DNA of 64,000 bases from Amoebidium appalachense (Eukaryota; Protista; Ichthyosporea): the NCBI GenBank assembly GCA_963693365.1, contig CAVNZM010000011.1, positions 5,413,921 through 5,477,920 of the forward strand. Direction: 5' to 3'. Under the pieces are notes generated by a model that saw nothing but the letters and a program-made list of their open reading frames with translations, did no database searches and was not told the DNA's origin. A program made the translations under genes and the position numbers. This document shows positions 57,422 through 64,000 of the stretch, piece by piece. Within the stretch, counting starts at the first letter, position 1; the number at the start of each line of letters is the position of its first letter.

Positions 57422-58288
57422 GAACACGTTAGTAATCACCAAGGAAAAAAGAAAGATGAGCACATACCGGGTGGCAGCAGCCTTGATATGTTCCTTGGCA
57501 GCACCCTCCTGGCCCACCAGAGCAGTGGCAGGAATCTTCACACTGTCAAAGGACACAGTTGAGGCGTTGGCAACGCGCAGACCAATCTTATCGAACGGAG
57601 TGCCGAAAGAGAGCCCCTCGCAAAGGCTCTTTTCAATGAGGAAAGTGGAAAGTCCCTTGTCTGTCTCGGCAAAAATCAAGAACAGATCGGCCGACTCCCC
57701 AACTGTGCTCCATGCCTGGGAGCCGCTGATAACATATGCGTCTCCCTCTTTCTTAGCGCGAAGGGGTGTGCTCTGCTTGAGCTCTTTGTGATGGAAAACT
57801 ACCCCAGCGAGGGATTGGGAAACGAGGTTACCGATTCGTTCCTCGTGCCCAGCAACATTTGCTTCGATGATAGGGTTAATGAAAACGTTCTGGAGCTCGC
57901 AGACGGCGGCAACACCGGCGTCAATTTTAGCCAACTCCTCCACAACCAAACACGCAGCTGTGAACGATGAACCGGTACCCCCGTGATCGGCGCTCACACT
58001 CACACCCATGAATCCTTGCTCGAAAAGCCCCGTCAAGATCTCGGGATCTATTTTGGCAGCAGCATCCATTGCCGCAACCTTGGGCCCAATCACAGCGCCT
58101 GCATAGTCGCTAACTGCTTTCTTGATGAAAGATTCATCCTCTGTGCAGCTGTCGAGCGGGTGGGGCTCGGCGATGACAGGGGCGGCGGAGGCGAAACGGC
58201 GGGTGAAAACACGAGAAACACCAGGAGAGACGAGGGTGTTGCTCAGGCCACTAGCGAGCCTCTTGGAAAGAGGGGCGAGGAGAGACAT
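54616..58288 (-). CDS. Mitochondrial acyl-CoA dehydrogenase family protein (short/branched-chain ACADSB-like), predicted catalytically inactive; 3 exons, 403 aa
   Basis: Exons 58288-57468, 56254-56116 and 54867-54616 are phase-consistent. Arg/Ser/Leu-rich presequence; [63 protein letters not shown] and [24 protein letters not shown]. Lacks the LSExxAGSD and IYEG motifs. Confidence 0.92.
55141..55259 (-). repeat. Dispersed intronic repeat family, copy
   Basis: Reverse complement gggcccccccctgaggatgggctctgcttattatgcatactctttatg...gcattcaaaa matches 17813-17930. Confidence 0.9.
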
Positions 58289-59051
58289 TTCTAAATTGTT
58301 ATGTTGACTTGATAGGGAGTAAGGACGAACGGTTCTAAGGAAAAAAATGGGAGCGAAAGGGAGTGAGGGGGAAATTGAAACAGCAAATGGAAAAAACGAA
58401 AAAAAAATCGAAACGGAAAGTTGAGTCGCCGTCAAACTGTCGCCATGACTGAACGCAAGTGGACTGCTCAACACACGACGAGCCACAGACCAGTGCTCAG
58501 TGCCTCTGCACAAGTCATGATCATAGAATATATTAAAGGTTTAAAGGATTTAAAATGGGGGGAAATACCTTCATATTATCTTAAAACTTGCAAAGGAGCA
58601 AAACTATTGGACGATAACAATATGTCGCGTTGCCAAAATGATCTGGTGTGTGCGAACCGCAAGGTCCGGTCCTGACCCGAAATAAAAACCCGACTCTCAA
58701 ACTGTCCAAGAATCGAATCGTTTGTGAGTTGACCCGCGAATAAAGGCGTCCAGCGAATATTCGCAGAACTTCCTTCTACAGAGATCTTCGCTATAAAAAA
58801 CAGTATTATTTAAATGATTTAAATATCCTATCAATCCATTGTTAAACCTTCCTACACCAATCAAACACTCTAACTAACTCACAAATAGCCTTTTTTGTAA
58901 ATTTGAAAGCCTTGCTGCTGGGTCTGTGTGAGGCGTTCTGCCCGTTCGGCCGGCGCGCGCTCGCTGCTTTCCACAGAGACAGCAAAATACGAACACCTGC
59001 CAGGCAGTCTAAGCGAGGAAGGGGGAATTAGCCCTGTTTAGCACAAGCAAA

Positions 59052-60337
59052 ATGGCTCTCCAGGTTCGTGGTGTTCTGGGCGCTATGCGCCCCCTCGTTT
59101 CCTCCTCTGCTCTGGTCTCTGCCCGGCGCTGGGGTCACGGTCATGCCGCCGGCCCCACTTACACCATCGCATACGAGACTGGTGTGGCTGGCCCCGCTGG
59201 CGCCTCGCAGGGTGAGGTTAGCAATGCTCTGAAGGCCGCCCCCGAGTTCTTTTTCGATGTTGAGGATGGCACCACCGCTGTTGAGCGTGCCAAGGAGTAC
59301 GCACTGAAGAACGCGAAGATCGAGGCACACGCTGCCGGTATGTGTCTCTTTTTTTTATCCCAGGATGGATGGCGTTCTTTGTGTGGGCGTGGGTGCGTTT
59401 GTGTGGGTGTTGGGTGTTGTGTGCTTACGGACATGTGTGCTAACGTTCTTGCCGTTGCCCTTCTTTTTATACACGTGTGGTATGGTGTTGTTTTCGGTAT
59501 ATTCCCTGGCGGTGTAGGTGCTGCTTTTCCCTCTCCCCCCCCTCCCCCCCTGGTTCTCGATGCTTGCACATACGTCCTCTGTGAGCTTTACTCACGCACT
59601 TCCTGTACGTTCGAGGGGAATGATTTAACGTCACACTCAGTGTGCTTTTTGGGTGGTGGCGGTGGGCAAATGCTTATGCCAGAGGTTCCCTATACCCAGT
59701 TGCATGTATAGGAAAGTTGTGGGCAAAAGAATGGTTGCAACTGGCAAGTTCATTTATACACGTCGAGTGGTATTGGGTTCACGTGGGTGCTTGTGTGCCC
59801 CTCGCGTGTGCATTGTTCCTGACACAGATTCGAGTGTTTTGCCAGCTCAGCTTGTAAACGTCGGTACACTCTGTCCAAGTTATGTGTGCTCGTGTCTACC
59901 ATTTCACCACTTTTAGGAAAACGATGGTAGCAGTTCGTCTTAGCCTGTGTTTATAACTGGATCTTTGAAGGCAAAGGCTGGAGGATGAGTGATTGGAATC
60001 GTCTGAAGGCCCGTCTTGCTCACTTCCCTCCCTTTGCGCCTCGTGAAGTTGCCACTTGTCTCGCGCCATCTAGTTTCATCCCAATCTAATCCATACAAGG
60101 CGCAGCTATACTCGTTCAACGAGGCGTTTTTGGATGTATTTGTCGAGCAGCATACATACAGTGGAGCTTTGCTCCCTTCATAACCCGTTTGCCTTAGGAT
60201 ACTTCCCCTCCACCTCCGCACCCAAAAAATAATGAACCATCACGACACACAAACACACTTGCTCGCTCACTCTCACCCCCACTCACCCGACACCTTCCGT
60301 CTCTTGCACTTCTCTTTTTCTTTTCTTGCTTGCTTAT

Positions 60338-60369
<32 letters not shown>

Positions 60370-62309
60370 AACACAAAACAAACAAACAAACGAACATTTC
60401 CTCTTCTATCCTATCCTTTTTCTTCCCTTTCCTTCTTCCCCCCTCCGTCCCTCCCTTTCCCCCCCCCCCCCCCTCTTTTCCACAGAGACGTCCGAGACGT
60501 GGAAGAAGATCTCTCTGTTCCTGGCCATCCCCATTGTCGTGGCCACCACCGTGTGGGCATTCACCCGCCCCCACGAGCACCACGAGCACGTCGCCTACCC
60601 CCACCTGCGCATCCGCCACAAGGTGTGTGTGTGTGTGCATCTGTGGTGTATATTTGCGTACGTGTGTGCGCGCGGGCGCCGGTGTGCATTTATGTGCGTG
60701 TGGGTGTATGTGTAATTTGTGTGTGGGGGGGAGGGGGGGGTTGGTTATGCGTGCGTGTGGTTGCATGTGTGTGGGGTTTGTCTGTGTGTATGTGTTTGCG
60801 TTGCACATGGCCGGAGAGACAGAGTTGGATGGAGAACATGCTTGTGTGTTCGAGAGTGTGCGTGGGAGTTGTGGAGTGTTCGTGTTTGCTTTCTCCCTGT
60901 GCATGTGTGCTTGTGTATGTGTGTGTGGCGGTGTTCACAAACGCTTGCTCGCTGCTCCACCACAATGCTTCTGGTTTTGCTTTTTGCTCGTTTGTTGTTT
61001 TGCTTTCACGGTAGTGGGGAGTGTCCGTGCGTGCATGTATGTGCCCCTTTTAAAGCATGCATGCTTGCGCCATAGACGCTGCCATTCTCCTTTGCTTTGT
61101 CTCGCCTTTACCATCGTCTTGCTGTAATGCTTTTCTTCCCCTTTTGCAAACATTTGGCCTCTGCGCGTTCAGACACACAAAGAAAGAGAGAAGACAGACA
61201 GGCACGCGCACGCGCACACTCCCACATCCTGGCTCTTTTTCCACTACACTCGCGCTATGGTGCGCCCTTTTCTTCTCTGTTGTGTTTGTGTTGGTTGGGG
61301 CTGTGTGTTTGCAACCTGCAACCTACCGTGGAAGTATCCGAATACCTTAGCACCCACACAGACCTTTAGCACTAAGAGATGCACAACACGTATAAAAATT
61401 GGGCAGACATACGCACCCCTGGTGGGGAGGGATGTGGGTGGGTAGGGGGGGGGGGGGGGGGGGCTCTTGGGTGTGGGTTGTTTCTCAAACCAATGGGCCT
61501 GGAGTCTTTGTTTTTGTGATCTTTTCATGTTTTGTGCATGTGCACATCTCAGATCCTTCAATATGTCGATGCTTGTTGCTTGGTTTGTTTTTTGAATTCT
61601 GAATCCTGAACTCTGCGAAACTTCATATGTGGGTGTGGGTGTGTGTTGTTGGGGGGGAGCGAAGGGGGAGGTAATTTGTCGACAAAATTGCCACCTGTGT
61701 GCTTGCTTGCGTGTTCATTTTTGCCAAGAAAACACGATTTGAAAGCTGGGGACTTGTTACATCTGAAAGGGATGCACTCATATTTCCATCTGTGTGCGCG
61801 CACTCTCGTGTGTGTGTGTGTGTGTGTGTGTGTGGTGGGGTCTTTTTGGGGGGATGTTGCCGGGGGGGGGGGGGGGGATTGCATGAGGGTAGTATGGACC
61901 CACATCCTTTGTTATCGGTTTTTTCTTTGGTTCAGGTGCTTCTAGGGCAGTTCTGTTCTTTCTTTCTTTCTTTCTTTCATGTTGCTTGTTTTTGCTTCCG
62001 TATTACTAATTTTTGTTGTCGAACATTTTCCCCCGGACTTGCTTCATTTCGTACCCACTTGCCACATGGAGAAAAACGCCTGTATGTGTCCACCCTTCCC
62101 CGAGTTGGGTTCTCTCTCGAAGCATTCTAACGCTCGGCTGCATACGCATACAGATGTTCGCGCGCGCGCGCATGTGTGTGTGTGTGCTGTGTTTCATGGT
62201 TTTTGTTTTCCCCTTTCCCCCCCCCCCCTTTTTATTTGCCCCAGTGTTTATCAGATTCACGCCACAGTTCCGTCCCGTTTTTTTATTTTTTATTTTTTTT
62301 ATTATTTTT

Positions 62310-62347
<38 letters not shown>

Positions 62348-62433
62348 CACCGTATGCTAACACCAATGTGCCCACACAGCCCTTCCCCTGGGGCAACGAC
62401 TCTTTCTTCCACAACCCCGAGATCAACCATTAA
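59052..62433 (+). CDS. COX6A: Cytochrome c oxidase subunit 6A (Cox13), 3 exons, 158 aa
   Basis: Exons 59052-59337, 60486-60622 and 62380-62433. EAHAAETSETWKKISLFLAIP, a TM helix, then [25 protein letters not shown]. Confidence 0.95.
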
Positions 62434-63558
62434 GCTCCCCACCCTGCCTGGGCCCCCGGGACCACCGCTATATGTTATGTGAAATAAAAAATTGGGCTGG
62501 GCACACCCCCTGCTGTCTCGAGAATGAAATTGTGTGACTTAGCGCCATGAATTACCCCCTGCCCCACCTTCGCGCGGTGAACTTGTACCTTTTTCTCAGA
62601 GTATGTGACGCATTGAAATTCTACCCTTCCCCCTCCCCCCACCTCCTCGCGCGCGCACACATACACAATAGAGCCCCTCGTAGATGATATCGATGGGCCT
62701 TGTTTGAAAGTTCTCGCCTGCTCCATTTCCCCTGGTAGCTATAACAGATCTGAGTGCTGTGGGTTCTGTCAGACCCGGGTTTTGTTTTTCTTGTTCAGTA
62801 CCAAGTTCTTTTTGGGGGGGAAGGGGGGGCAGCGGCAGAGAGAATGTCGATGTGTGTCTGCGTGTTCACATATGGGTGATGTGTGAGTGTATGTTCTCAG
62901 TGAGAGCATCCGTAAGCGTGTCACGGTGCCTGAGAGTGTGTGGACGTGTGTGCGTGTGCCAGTGTGGCGCAGCTGCAGCACGTTGGCAATGCTCGCGTGA
63001 CTGGATAGTGATTTGACAATGACATATTTTGTGTGGCAGGCCCTGAGTGTGTAACTGTACAGGTCTGTCTTTTCAAAGCTATCTGTCTATAGCTGGCAGT
63101 GCTTGGTGTGTGAGTAAGAATCGTTGGCTATATAGATGGCATAGTGTTCGCAAAAAAAGAAAAGAAAAAAATTGCAATGGGTCACGCACTGTGTCATGTC
63201 ACAGTGAGTGTACATATCGACATGTGCCCGCATTGTGTGACTTGCATTTACCGTAGTACTATAAAGTGTGTGCAGGTATGCCATGATGTTCACGTCACAT
63301 ATAACATTGTGTGCACGCGTACGGTGACGGTATAATTACCGTGCATGTGTGTGGAGGTGCGTGCAGAAGTGTGTGTTTGTGTGTGTGAGCGCATGTGCGT
63401 GCGTGCGTGTATGTGCATATGTGCGCTCGCTTTTACGTGTGAGCGTTCGTGTGAGGTGTGTGGCTGTGTGTGTGTGTGTGTGTATGCACGTGCGCGCGCG
63501 CATGTGTGTGTGTCTCGGCACGTGCGTACGTGCGTGCGTGCGTGTGTGTGTGCGGATG

Positions 63559-63644
<86 letters not shown>

Positions 63645-63665
63645 AAGCTCCTGCAGCAACCGTTA

Positions 63666-64000
63666 GGGCCTGTTTGGTAGCGCGCTAAATACGGTTTTTT
63701 ATCGTATTCGTATTTAGGGCCTAAATACGTATACGATCCCGTGGCATGCCAAACACGCCGCGGGCTTTTATTTTTTGTAAATACGATAGGGATCGCTTTT
63801 ATATCGTATTTACGAAAATCACCTCCGGAGGTGATTTTCGTAAATACGACATAGGAAATTAGCCAATCAGAGCATTTCGCATCATTTATTGGCTATCAGC
63901 AAGCCAATGGTACAGCGCTCGTAAGCCGCGGCGGGCACATTTTTACTACAGTACGCATGCCGGCGCATGCACGTGAATAATTCAATGTTAGAAGGTCGGT
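63666..64000. mobile_element. Left end of a PIF/Harbinger (Tourist-like) non-autonomous element, likely continuing beyond the window
   Basis: TTA immediately followed by GGGCCTGTTTGG, a typical PIF/Harbinger TIR and target site. AT-rich interior with repeated aaatacg/cgtattt motifs and a perfect 46-bp palindrome at 63804-63849. Confidence 0.6.

Overview
Eukaryotic genomic DNA, very rich in microsatellites and poly-C/G, with long spliceosomal GT-AG introns. Protein sequences look opisthokont, and a unicellular relative of animals such as an ichthyosporean is my inference only. Most ORFs in the supplied track are repeat artefacts. By splicing manually I reconstruct these genes: a secreted reprolysin/M12B-type metalloprotease with 7 FN3 domains and a Cys-rich tail; a 7-exon membrane-anchored Lys-rich protein; an intronless core-histone quartet (H2B<->H3, H4<->H2A); ATG101; an atypical SDR epimerase divergent from COP9 signalosome subunit 3; and an acyl-CoA dehydrogenase divergent from COX6A. 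Three observations stand out. (1) All four histone genes end in a 6-bp/4-nt stem-loop followed by a shared TTCAAAG element, resembling animal SL+HDE (U7-type) processing signals, and three have an extra hairpin right after the stop codon. (2) The ACAD has lost its own FAD-pocket motif and catalytic Glu but keeps the residues donated to a partner subunit, so it is a candidate non-catalytic subunit of a heteromeric ACAD. (3) A ~120-bp intronic repeat family is sense to its host gene in every copy I found. All exon models are by-eye and unverified by transcripts.
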